Shown here one piece after another: positions 48,247 through 56,985 of a stretch of DNA of 64,000 nucleotides (the first letter of the stretch is position 1; every line of letters begins with the position of its first letter). Source of the stretch: Candidatus Heimdallarchaeota archaeon (GTDB lineage Archaea > Asgardarchaeota > Heimdallarchaeia > Hodarchaeales > Hodarchaeaceae); NCBI GenBank assembly GCA_048881705.1, contig JBHLSH010000005.1, positions 1 through 64,000 of the forward strand, in the 5' to 3' direction. The notes below the pieces were generated by a model. The model was not told the DNA's origin, ran no database searches, and worked only from the letters and a program-made list of their open reading frames with translations. Made by a program: the position numbers and the translations under genes.

Positions 48247-49860
48247 ATGGCAACAAAATTACATCCAACAACACAATTCTATCTGTTTCTAGCCCTTCTT
48301 ATAGGGGTTGTTATTGGTTCTGGAGGAGGCTTTATCATGTTTTCAATAGTCAACCCTAACCAACCTGCTAGAGAATCAGTGACTTTTGATATTGGAGCTC
48401 ATCAATGGGGCTTTGATCCCAATAGAATTGAGGTAAAGCTCGACGATCACGTCGTCTTGAGATTTTCGAGTAATGCAACAACGGAACCTGCTTACACAAG
48501 ACACTCAATCATTATTCAGGCCTATAATATTAGTGTTGATTTACCTGTTGGTCAGATTACAGTTGTTGAATTTGATGCTACTATCCCAGGAGAATTTCTA
48601 GGTGAATGTGGTATCTTTTGTGGGCGAGATCATGCAGCTATGTCTATGACGATAGTTGTAAGCGGATCTGGGGAAGATATTCCTGAACAGGATTTACAAC
48701 CACTCACCCAACTTAGCCAAGGTGTTTCGGCTGGAAGTTGGAACAACTCTGACGTGATGGTCATAGTCGAAAGAGAAGCTCGAGCAATATCATTTATTGA
48801 TGGGAGCACCAATACTTATCTCGGAAGACTGTCCGGAATTGGCTATCAACCTCATACAGTTGTTTTCTCTAGTAATTTAACCTATGGCTACATCATCGGA
48901 CGAGGGGGATGGTTTGTGAAATTCGGTTTGGATGATTTTCAAGCTAAAGGGTGGATAAAGGTCGGCACATCAAGCAGGGGAACCGCAATTAGTAACGATG
49001 ACAACTATGTACTGATAAGTAACTACGAACCTTCTAGTTTTGTAATAGTCGATACGAGAACCATGGAAATTGCCAAAGATTACCAAATCCCGATCCCCTA
49101 CGATGAAAACGGAACTACGGAAGGATCCCGCGTTGCATCGATCATTGATACGCCGAACAACTTGATGGTGGTAGCAATGAAAGATCTAGGTGAAGTATGG
49201 GTAATTAATATGTCAGAACCGAATTTCCCCGTCACAAAGATATTTTACGGTGTTGGAGAGGTTCTTCATGACGCCTTTTTAACTGAAGACGGACGTTATT
49301 ACTTCCTAGCTAGCCAGGGGTCCAATTGGATTTGGGTTCTCGATACGGAGACCTTAACAGAGGTAACACGGATTCCTACAGGAGAAAAACCACATCCAGG
49401 TCCAGGGGCATTATGGGGTGATCTGGCCTTTTCCCCATCTGTTGGTGAAGGAAGATTAAACATCTGGAATACCACCTCATTTACGATGCATAGGAATATT
49501 ACACACGGTGGTCCTGGATTGTTTATTCGATCATACTCCAGAAATGCTTCCTATCCTTATGTTTGGTGGGATACCATTCTATCGTCAAACCCTGTTGAAA
49601 ACAGACTAATCCACGTCCTTGATGCAAGAACAATAGATGATCCTACTCCTCTGATATACGATCTAGATGCAGGAAATGGATCCCTTCATCCTGAGTTCAC
49701 CTATAATGGAAAATATGTCTATGTATCACTTTGGCACGAAAGTAAAGTCCTTGTATACGATGCTTACAATTTCAATGATGGTCCCATCACTTCATTTATT
49801 ATTACAACGCCAACAGGGATCTTTAATGCCGGTTTACGTGTCGAGGAAGTAGGATTGTAG
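48247..49860 (+). CDS. Membrane-anchored CuA-cupredoxin / heme d1 (NirS-type) beta-propeller fusion
   Basis: TM at about aa 11-35; CuA ligands H86, C121, C125, H129, M132; d1-domain motifs QPH, RVASII, LHDA, PHPG, TPTGIFN. Confidence 0.85.
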   Translation: MATKLHPTTQFYLFLALLIGVVIGSGGGFIMFSIVNPNQPARESVTFDIGAHQWGFDPNRIEVKLDDHVVLRFSSNATTEPAYTRHSIIIQAYNISVDLPVGQITVVEFDATIPGEFLGECGIFCGRDHAAMSMTIVVSGSGEDIPEQDLQPLTQLSQGVSAGSWNNSDVMVIVEREARAISFIDGSTNTYLGRLSGIGYQPHTVVFSSNLTYGYIIGRGGWFVKFGLDDFQAKGWIKVGTSSRGTAISNDDNYVLISNYEPSSFVIVDTRTMEIAKDYQIPIPYDENGTTEGSRVASIIDTPNNLMVVAMKDLGEVWVINMSEPNFPVTKIFYGVGEVLHDAFLTEDGRYYFLASQGSNWIWVLDTETLTEVTRIPTGEKPHPGPGALWGDLAFSPSVGEGRLNIWNTTSFTMHRNITHGGPGLFIRSYSRNASYPYVWWDTILSSNPVENRLIHVLDARTIDDPTPLIYDLDAGNGSLHPEFTYNGKYVYVSLWHESKVLVYDAYNFNDGPITSFIITTPTGIFNAGLRVEEVGL

Positions 49861-50047
49861 GTATTCCGTTATCCAAACTTGGCTCGTAACGAGCCAGTTT
49901 TTCCCTTTTTTCCTAATAATACGGGTTGTTTCTTAGCTATGAAAGCGGTACGGTCAGATGCAAGTCCAATCAAGAATGGTAGTGGGAGTTTAACAAGAGA
50001 ACTGCAAGATATGAATCTCAATTTTCCCAAATAAACCAAAAATCCTA

Positions 50048-51160
50048 TTAAATGAACCGCTGCAATGCCTCAATTACTTTGGATTGAGTTTGCTCTCGCT
50101 CTTCTAGTTCTCTTTTGAGGTAATCAATACTGTCAACGGTACTTGGATCCCTATGATTCAACATAGCCAAATAGATACTGATGAAGTCAAACAAGTATGT
50201 AATAGACAATAGTTGGCTAAGCAAGTGGGTCCCCCTAGTATGAATCTCGATGAGTTCGCATTTCGGTTTTACGATTCTCTTGCTGATCTCAAAACGTAAA
50301 CGAACGTTTGAATGCTCTGTTGGGAATCGTATAACCAGTACTAGGAAAGGATAATCATTCTTTTCGTATCCTTCCCATCCCACTATATGATTATGGTTCA
50401 GTTCTGGTAATTCCTCAGAGATCGCCAGCATCTTCGAATTCTCGTTGAACTGACACTTAATTCGATTTGCTATGCATCTGTACGGGGCCCAAACAACGGG
50501 GATTTTTTGAAATAATTTCATGGCAGTATTCTTTGCACTGTTTTCAGGCAAACTAATATCAAGGCGACATTGATCTCGTATATCTCGAAGGATATACAAT
50601 ATTTCATCGATTACGGTTTTTTGTAAACTTATCAGATCGAATGACTGAAGGATTTTAGCCAAAGCAAAAAAAATGAGTGGAAAGGCTGCTCGGGGCTGAA
50701 AACCAGGTGGGATTTCGAAATACGGTAGTGAGTTCTCCTCAAAAAATCTGGCAATATAACCGCCTGAAGATATCCCTACAACGCGACACCTTTTTTCGAG
50801 GGCGAAGAGAAGACAGGACAGGGTTTCCTCAGTGTTGCCAGAATAAGATACGAAACATACGAGTGTATCTTTACCAGCAAATGTAGGAAGTCTATAATTC
50901 CTGGTCACAGTAACGGGAATTTTAAGTGGAAATATTGCCTTAATATAATCACCACTAACAGCTGAACCTCCCATCCCGCAAATAATGATGTTATTCGGTC
51001 TTCCTCCATATAAAACTTGGAATCTGTTGGTTTCAATTTGAGATGGAATAGTGAAGTCACGGGAAAGGAGCTCTTCTATCATATCAGGCAGACGGTACAC
51101 CTGGTTCAACATGTTTTGGGGATCGTATTCTTTTATTTGAGCCATATTATTTAAATCCAT
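50048..51160 (-). CDS. Bifunctional phosphoglucose/phosphomannose isomerase (PGI/PMI); ATG 51160 preferred
   Basis: GMGGSAVSG, VSYSGNTEET, PRAAFP, QFNENSK, PELNHNHIVG. Confidence 0.92.
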   Translation of the reverse strand: MDLNNMAQIKEYDPQNMLNQVYRLPDMIEELLSRDFTIPSQIETNRFQVLYGGRPNNIIICGMGGSAVSGDYIKAIFPLKIPVTVTRNYRLPTFAGKDTLVCFVSYSGNTEETLSCLLFALEKRCRVVGISSGGYIARFFEENSLPYFEIPPGFQPRAAFPLIFFALAKILQSFDLISLQKTVIDEILYILRDIRDQCRLDISLPENSAKNTAMKLFQKIPVVWAPYRCIANRIKCQFNENSKMLAISEELPELNHNHIVGWEGYEKNDYPFLVLVIRFPTEHSNVRLRFEISKRIVKPKCELIEIHTRGTHLLSQLLSITYLFDFISIYLAMLNHRDPSTVDSIDYLKRELEEREQTQSKVIEALQRFI

Positions 51161-51284
51161 GGAGTTCGCTCCGGCGTTGATTTGATAGCAAAGACAGTTA
51201 CAACAAAAAACATGGACCTCATAATGTGTTCTAGGTACTATCTTTCCTTTTTGCATTTTTTTACGGTTATTGTTCTGATGTATT

Positions 51285-51746
51285 ATGCGAGGAACATTCC
51301 TCCGACTTCTTAGTTTTCTCGGCGAAACCGGATACTATGCACGAACGCAAAATGAAAAAGAAATTTTGTCCGAATTAACTGAGACGGGCGTCGTCCAATT
51401 AAAAAGGGGAACAAAAAACGTATATACGTTAACTGGTGAGGGGTATCAGATAGTTAGCGAGAGATCAGCGAATGCCCCCCAAGTATCTGATGACCAATTT
51501 CTCCAATGGCTAAGAAAAGCTTATCATCAATTGGCTAATCCTCTTAACCCATTGGTTAAAATACCTGATCTCAGAACTCGACTAAGCACTAAATGTCACG
51601 ATACTGTTTTTGAGAAAAAAATACTGGATTTTCATGAGCAAGGAGTCTTAACTCTTCACACAGCATTTTCAAAACAACATGCGGAAGGTGGGATAGAATC
51701 AAGAACCAAACCTGGGGTATACTACTACGTGATGTTTGAGGCATAG
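51285..51746 (+). CDS. Hypothetical tandem winged-helix-like protein
   Basis: LTETGVV...YTLTGEG wHTH pattern; second helical/wing unit; 5 nt upstream of the ATPase gene. Confidence 0.7.
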   Translation: MRGTFLRLLSFLGETGYYARTQNEKEILSELTETGVVQLKRGTKNVYTLTGEGYQIVSERSANAPQVSDDQFLQWLRKAYHQLANPLNPLVKIPDLRTRLSTKCHDTVFEKKILDFHEQGVLTLHTAFSKQHAEGGIESRTKPGVYYYVMFEA

Positions 51747-51751
51747 TTGCT

Positions 51752-53116
51752 ATGAGCCATACCACTACAATTATTACAGAAAATCCATTTCATACTTTTG
51801 TTGCACGCCCAGACGTTCCTGTACGTTTTAATCTTAACCGACCCAACCAAATGGCCTTAAAGAATGTCAAACGATTTTTAAAAATAATAAGAGCCAAAAA
51901 ACGAGAAAACGTTCTTCTTCCAATTATTGCAGAAGCAGGATCAGGCAAAACGCATCTCTTTCATGTAATTCGGGAAGTTGTGACGGATGCTTACCCGGTA
52001 TACATTCCAGTCCCCATTAATACGGAGCGGATATTTGCTCACATTTATTTTGAAACGGTGAAAGCAGGTGGGGCATTGCTTCTTGAATGGGTAGCGGATT
52101 ATCTAGAACAAACCTACAAATCTGTCGAAAATGCAGCTTTAGAATTCCCTGGAATGACCAATATAGTCATCACTGGTTTTTTCGCTCTCAAGGATCCCAA
52201 ACAGGCCAAAGTAGCCCTAAAATGGTTAACAGGTTTTGATGTCGACACTGAGACAGTTCATTTTAAGCGGACAATAATGGACGATGAAGATCTAGCATTT
52301 GCCGCGTTACAATTGATACTTAGGGTGATTGACAAACCCATTATCTTTTTTATAGATGAAGTCGAATCTCTATTTATTTCGCAGGGCCCTGAAGCAGAAC
52401 TTCGGTTTTTGGAGACAATAAAGAAATTAGTGAACGAGGCTTCAAATTTTCTTATGTGCCTTGCCTGTTTAATCACTCTATGGGATAAAATTCTGGATCT
52501 TTCAAGCACTGCTTTTCAAGGACGGATTGAACCTCCGATTGTACTAAAACATTTCACAAAAGAAGATATAACTGACTACTGTCAATCTGTTCTTCCTGAA
52601 TTCCACGTAAAGTTTGATGTTTCACCTTCAGATCCTCTTTGGCCATTAGAAAAGGGAGATATCGAATCTTCATACGCGTACTCACATGGAAATCCTAGAG
52701 AAGCCATCAAATGGTTAGCAGGAATAATAGAGAAGAGAAAAATCGCACTTCTGGAGTCTTTAGATACAAATCAACAGTACCTTACCAAAATTGGAGGAAG
52801 AGTAAAAATCACAATCGAACATGTTCTCAAAGGTACAGTTGGGCTCCTTCACAAAAATCATGGGCTTTTGGTACCTGTATCAAATGAAGAACTCAGGATA
52901 TTGGTCATAATACCTCCCCATAGCACCGTATCAGACCTATTTCAGGAGTCATTTTGGGCCGCAGTTATTCGTAGGACCACAAGCGAAGAATATGATAAAA
53001 TTATCTCGATAGGCGAAGAGGAAGATATGGGACAACATAGGATCGAGCTTGAATATGAATACTTCGCTGAAGGGGAATTTGAAGATGGTTTAGCTAGAAT
53101 CTTGAAAGTCAAATGA
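51752..53116 (+). CDS. P-loop AAA+-type ATPase of unknown function
   Basis: Walker A AEAGSGKT, Walker B FFIDEVE, FQGR arginine-finger region, SHGNPRE. Confidence 0.85.
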   Translation: MSHTTTIITENPFHTFVARPDVPVRFNLNRPNQMALKNVKRFLKIIRAKKRENVLLPIIAEAGSGKTHLFHVIREVVTDAYPVYIPVPINTERIFAHIYFETVKAGGALLLEWVADYLEQTYKSVENAALEFPGMTNIVITGFFALKDPKQAKVALKWLTGFDVDTETVHFKRTIMDDEDLAFAALQLILRVIDKPIIFFIDEVESLFISQGPEAELRFLETIKKLVNEASNFLMCLACLITLWDKILDLSSTAFQGRIEPPIVLKHFTKEDITDYCQSVLPEFHVKFDVSPSDPLWPLEKGDIESSYAYSHGNPREAIKWLAGIIEKRKIALLESLDTNQQYLTKIGGRVKITIEHVLKGTVGLLHKNHGLLVPVSNEELRILVIIPPHSTVSDLFQESFWAAVIRRTTSEEYDKIISIGEEEDMGQHRIELEYEYFAEGEFEDGLARILKVK

Positions 53117-53427
53117 TCTTAAAGACCAAAAGGAAATTGAAAGTTGAAAGGGCCCAAGGTTTGCTTGGGTTTGGATAGCTCAGGAAAGCAAAATCCGAAT
53201 AGTTTGTTTAAAATTGTTTAAAAAAAAGTAACCGCAAATAATTGTTGAAAATCAGTTTCAATATACTCGATTGAAATTTCATGGAAACCGTTTCATCAGG
53301 AGACAATATCTCGGTTCTTCTTTGGAAATGAATGATAAATTCAGATTAAAGAAAGGCCGTTAACTTCTCTCTATGGATGAGAATGACATAAAAAACATGA
53401 ATTGCCTAGTTCAATCTTAAAATCCTA

Positions 53428-54360
53428 ATGGTGAGTGCATTTAAAATGGTCAGTGGAATTTACATTTTGAATAAAGAGACAGGTATACCATTGTATTCCG
53501 TGCCTATCACAAAAGATGGTTTTAATCCGAGTAATGGTGATTTGGTATCAGGTTTGATGGGCGCGATAGTGAAGTTTAGCGAACACATCCAAATCGGGCA
53601 GATCACAAACTTTGACACACTAGAGCACAAAATTATAGTTGCAAGTTCGGCCAGTAATATCCTCAGTCTAGTTTACGACCAAAAACGCCAATCGATTAGG
53701 GACCCCCATTATCTTGCGGCCTATTTGTTGGATGAATTTGAGCGAAAATACCCTGAACTTGGGAATTCTGAACCACCTGTTGATTTTGACACCACTGGTT
53801 TTGATAAGATAATTACTGATGCGCTTTCTCTGAATATGCTTCCCTTTTTCTATAATGTAGTAAAATGGGCGAAAAAGGAATATGGAGGCGAGCCTCTTCT
53901 GCATCAACAGGCCTATACTGAAAATGAAGAACCCGTTGTCATAGATATAATGTTAGATCGTGGGGATCGTGATATAAAAGGGATATTAGATCGGGTAGCC
54001 AGTCGTGTTATCGGCGAGGACTTTTCAAAGGATATAATTTATATAAAAGTAGTTGATGGACAGGCTGGTGCGGGAGAAATTCGTGAATTTTTTAACATGT
54101 GTTCAGCATTTGGAAGACGTCGAGGACATGACTCCATGCCTTCCTACTTTCCCTCAATTGCAGTAGTAGTAGCTAGAAGTTATAGTCCAACAGTTCCGCG
54201 GATTTTTACGGAGCTTCAAAAGAATGGAGAAGCTCACTATCTCATTCCAGAAGCCGCCCCTAGAATTGCTAAATCAATTAACAAACCTCCGAAATCACAC
54301 CAATGCCTAATCCAATGTTGGCAATGGGATAAACAGTACCCTGATCTTGTCTATGAATAA
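53428..54360 (+). CDS. Longin-like domain protein with C-terminal restriction-endonuclease-like fold
   Basis: N-terminus IYILNKETGIPLYS...LVSGLMGAI...FERKY (Asgard longin pattern); C-terminus IDIMLD...IYIKVV. Confidence 0.65.
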   Translation: MVSAFKMVSGIYILNKETGIPLYSVPITKDGFNPSNGDLVSGLMGAIVKFSEHIQIGQITNFDTLEHKIIVASSASNILSLVYDQKRQSIRDPHYLAAYLLDEFERKYPELGNSEPPVDFDTTGFDKIITDALSLNMLPFFYNVVKWAKKEYGGEPLLHQQAYTENEEPVVIDIMLDRGDRDIKGILDRVASRVIGEDFSKDIIYIKVVDGQAGAGEIREFFNMCSAFGRRRGHDSMPSYFPSIAVVVARSYSPTVPRIFTELQKNGEAHYLIPEAAPRIAKSINKPPKSHQCLIQCWQWDKQYPDLVYE

Positions 54361-54362
54361 AT

Positions 54363-55679
54363 TTAGGCCCATTTCTTGGGCAATTCAGGTTCCCAGCCTT
54401 TAGGTATCGTTCCAGTAGCAAAAACCGTGAATCGATGCTTGAAGCTCTTCAGAAGAGAATCAGTCGCCTTTTGCATCTCTGATGGGTCTATTTGCACTAG
54501 TTCCGTATACATTTTCTCGGGGGGAATAGGTTCTCGGAATTTGAGGAATTTTTGGAGAAAATCCACACCGTAAGAAGAAGGATCTTCGATTTCGCTCAAA
54601 TAGCTCCCCCAAACTTCTTCAATCAAGGTATTAACCATCGGTTGGGTCCATTCAATATCCTCCAATCTGGCGATTGTATTCATCACTTCTTCAAACACGT
54701 TTGGAGTTTGATGAGGGGGAGCCACAAAAAAGATGGAAGCAGCAGAAATATCAAATAGAGGCTCAAAGCCATATCCACAGACACCTGCAATGCCTTTGCT
54801 AATTATTTCTCTGTATAAAAGAGAAGTTCTGGAGTTTCCGATATACGTGTTCAATAGGAGGAGCGGAAAAATATGTTCCGACGAGATGCCTGGTGCATCT
54901 ACGCAAAGTCCTACGTAACAGAGAGGTTTATCTGTAAGTTGGGTATGGTACTTTATATTTTCATCACGTTTCCCGAGAATGACGGGTGGGGGGTGTTCTG
55001 GGTTTACTCGTGGATTCTCGATATGGCTATCAAAGAGATCTGTGAGAAATTCTTTCCCTTCATCTACTTGAAGGCCACCACACAGACCCAACGCTGCATT
55101 GTCGAGGGTATAGTATTTGTTAACATATGTCTCGATCATTGGGATGTCGATACCCCGTACGGACTCAGGGCTACCAAGGATCGTATGCTCGAGAGGTGTA
55201 CCTTCAAAATGCAATTTGCGAGCGGTAAATAGTGTATGTCTTGCTGGATTATCTAGCGTTAACAAGATTTCCTGGATTACCACGTCTTTCTCGGATTTCA
55301 GTTCGCCCGAATCTAGTCTACGGTTGAGCAGTAAATCATGCCAGATCTGAGCTGCCGTCTTTAAGTGTCTTGTAGGAACCTTAGCGTAATAAATTGTATG
55401 ATCAAAACTGGTATAGGCATTCAGTTCCGCCCCCATACGAGTGAAGGCCTCATTTACTTCTTGGGTCGAGTATGAGGGGGTTCCTTTAAATGCCATATGC
55501 TCAAATAAGTGACTAATCCCGTCTGTAGAGCCAGTGCCGAATCCCATCTCCATCATAGAGCCTACATTGTACGCTATTGCGAATAAGGTTGTTCTTACCC
55601 TGGGAATTCCCACCAGATGCATTTGTAATCCATTGGGCAGAGAAACGGACTCTATTTCCTCCTCTACTTTGCTTTTCAC
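54363..55679 (-). CDS. M16 family zinc metallopeptidase, active subunit
   Basis: GISHLFEHMAFKGT (HxxEH), NAYTS, VVIQE. Confidence 0.93.
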   Translation of the reverse strand: MKSKVEEEIESVSLPNGLQMHLVGIPRVRTTLFAIAYNVGSMMEMGFGTGSTDGISHLFEHMAFKGTPSYSTQEVNEAFTRMGAELNAYTSFDHTIYYAKVPTRHLKTAAQIWHDLLLNRRLDSGELKSEKDVVIQEILLTLDNPARHTLFTARKLHFEGTPLEHTILGSPESVRGIDIPMIETYVNKYYTLDNAALGLCGGLQVDEGKEFLTDLFDSHIENPRVNPEHPPPVILGKRDENIKYHTQLTDKPLCYVGLCVDAPGISSEHIFPLLLLNTYIGNSRTSLLYREIISKGIAGVCGYGFEPLFDISAASIFFVAPPHQTPNVFEEVMNTIARLEDIEWTQPMVNTLIEEVWGSYLSEIEDPSSYGVDFLQKFLKFREPIPPEKMYTELVQIDPSEMQKATDSLLKSFKHRFTVFATGTIPKGWEPELPKKWA

Positions 55680-55685
55680 CTTGGT

Positions 55686-56936
55686 TCACCCTATGGTAAT
55701 TTCGATCTCGGTTTCCCATTGCTCATTAAGGACAGATGGGTTGATATTGCCTGAAGCGGCCAAACTAAAGTTTTCAGGAGCAAGAATGTCCTTCCACCAT
55801 AATGTTAGCTCTTTTGGATCAACCCTTTGGATTTCAGCGTAAATACTCTCGACTGATTCTTCTAATCCGTGAATACGACGATTGATCATCTTTCCCGTAA
55901 TCCCCAAGCAGCTATCGAAATCAAGATCCAGTCCGTTTATCAAGAAATCCTTTGTGGTTTCGAATTCCCGCTTTGAGACAGGCTTCCTTCCCAAATCTAC
56001 AATCAGATCAGCCAATCTTCCTAGAGCTTCCCCTACGCGTGCTGGATTAGTTTCCATAAAACACCTGAGAATCAGGTTATCGTTAATGACGCTCATATTT
56101 GACCCAGTAATATATCCCAATCCCAGTTCGTCTCGTAAAACACGAAACATGCGTGAACCATACGATTCACCCAGTAGTGCACTTGAAAAACGACACATTG
56201 CTACATTTAATGGAGTAGCAGTCGTAGTTACGTTTAAACAAAGATATGCATTCTGATCCGACGGTACTGGGGACAATACCGCGACTTTCTTTCCATTTTT
56301 CCGTTTGGGAAACTTGGTCTGCTCGCTAATGGGTAATTTTCTAGGGGAAAATTCTTCAAACTTCTGTTGTACCTTGGATAGAATAGTTCGATTGAAGTTT
56401 CCCACTAAAAAGCCAAACATATTCTCGCGAAACTTTGAGAGTGTGGAACTCAAATCCTCTATGCCAATTTTACTTAGAGATTCTTCATCACCAAATTGCG
56501 AACGACCCAACAGATGATTTGGTCCAAATATTGCTCTATCAGCATCAAAAAAGAGCATCTTTTGTAAGGAGCTCGCCTTAATTTGCTGAACGGTTTGGAT
56601 AAGTTTTTCGCGTTCAATTTCAAATGCCATTGGATTTAGGATGGGAGTGGAAATAAGATCGAACAGGAGATCCAACACGTCGTCAGAATACCTGGGAAGA
56701 ACGCGGCAACCAAATATTGAGTAATCTTTTTCTACAGCGGTGAAGAATACCCCACCCTTGCCATCAATGAGTTTCGCAACCTCTGGTTCAGAATAACGAG
56801 AACTACCACGTTTCATAACCTGAGCCAACACCGTGGTAGTTCCTCCTACTAAATCGTTCGCTGCTCCGTGTTTTGTTACTAAACCAAGAGTGCAAGTCCT
56901 GAAATGGTCATAAGGGTGCACCATTGACAATTCCAT
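55686..56936 (-). CDS. M16 family peptidase, inactive partner subunit
   Basis: M16 fold (SRMFRVLRDELGLGY) but HxxEH replaced by TVLAQ. Confidence 0.88.
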   Translation of the reverse strand: MELSMVHPYDHFRTCTLGLVTKHGAANDLVGGTTTVLAQVMKRGSSRYSEPEVAKLIDGKGGVFFTAVEKDYSIFGCRVLPRYSDDVLDLLFDLISTPILNPMAFEIEREKLIQTVQQIKASSLQKMLFFDADRAIFGPNHLLGRSQFGDEESLSKIGIEDLSSTLSKFRENMFGFLVGNFNRTILSKVQQKFEEFSPRKLPISEQTKFPKRKNGKKVAVLSPVPSDQNAYLCLNVTTTATPLNVAMCRFSSALLGESYGSRMFRVLRDELGLGYITGSNMSVINDNLILRCFMETNPARVGEALGRLADLIVDLGRKPVSKREFETTKDFLINGLDLDFDSCLGITGKMINRRIHGLEESVESIYAEIQRVDPKELTLWWKDILAPENFSLAASGNINPSVLNEQWETEIEITIG

Positions 56937-56985
56937 GTCTCATCCACCAAAGATTAGCAGAAAAAGGTACCGAGAAGGAAGAGGG

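Noticed and set aside
48247-49860. Nitrous oxide reductase (NosZ), which also combines CuA with a propeller
   Set aside because: Domain order is reversed (NosZ has a C-terminal CuA), the CuZ histidine set is not evident, and the propeller motifs match the heme d1 family.
51752-53116. BREX (BrxC/BrxD) assignment for the ATPase
   Set aside because: No pglX, pglZ or brxA/B nearby, and the protein is too short for BrxC.
53190-53300. AT-rich direct and inverted TGAAA/TTTCA and TTGTTTAAAA repeats, possible origin or operator
   Set aside because: Short, low-complexity matches that are expected in AT-rich DNA; no ORB-like motif or recognisable initiator gene adjacent.
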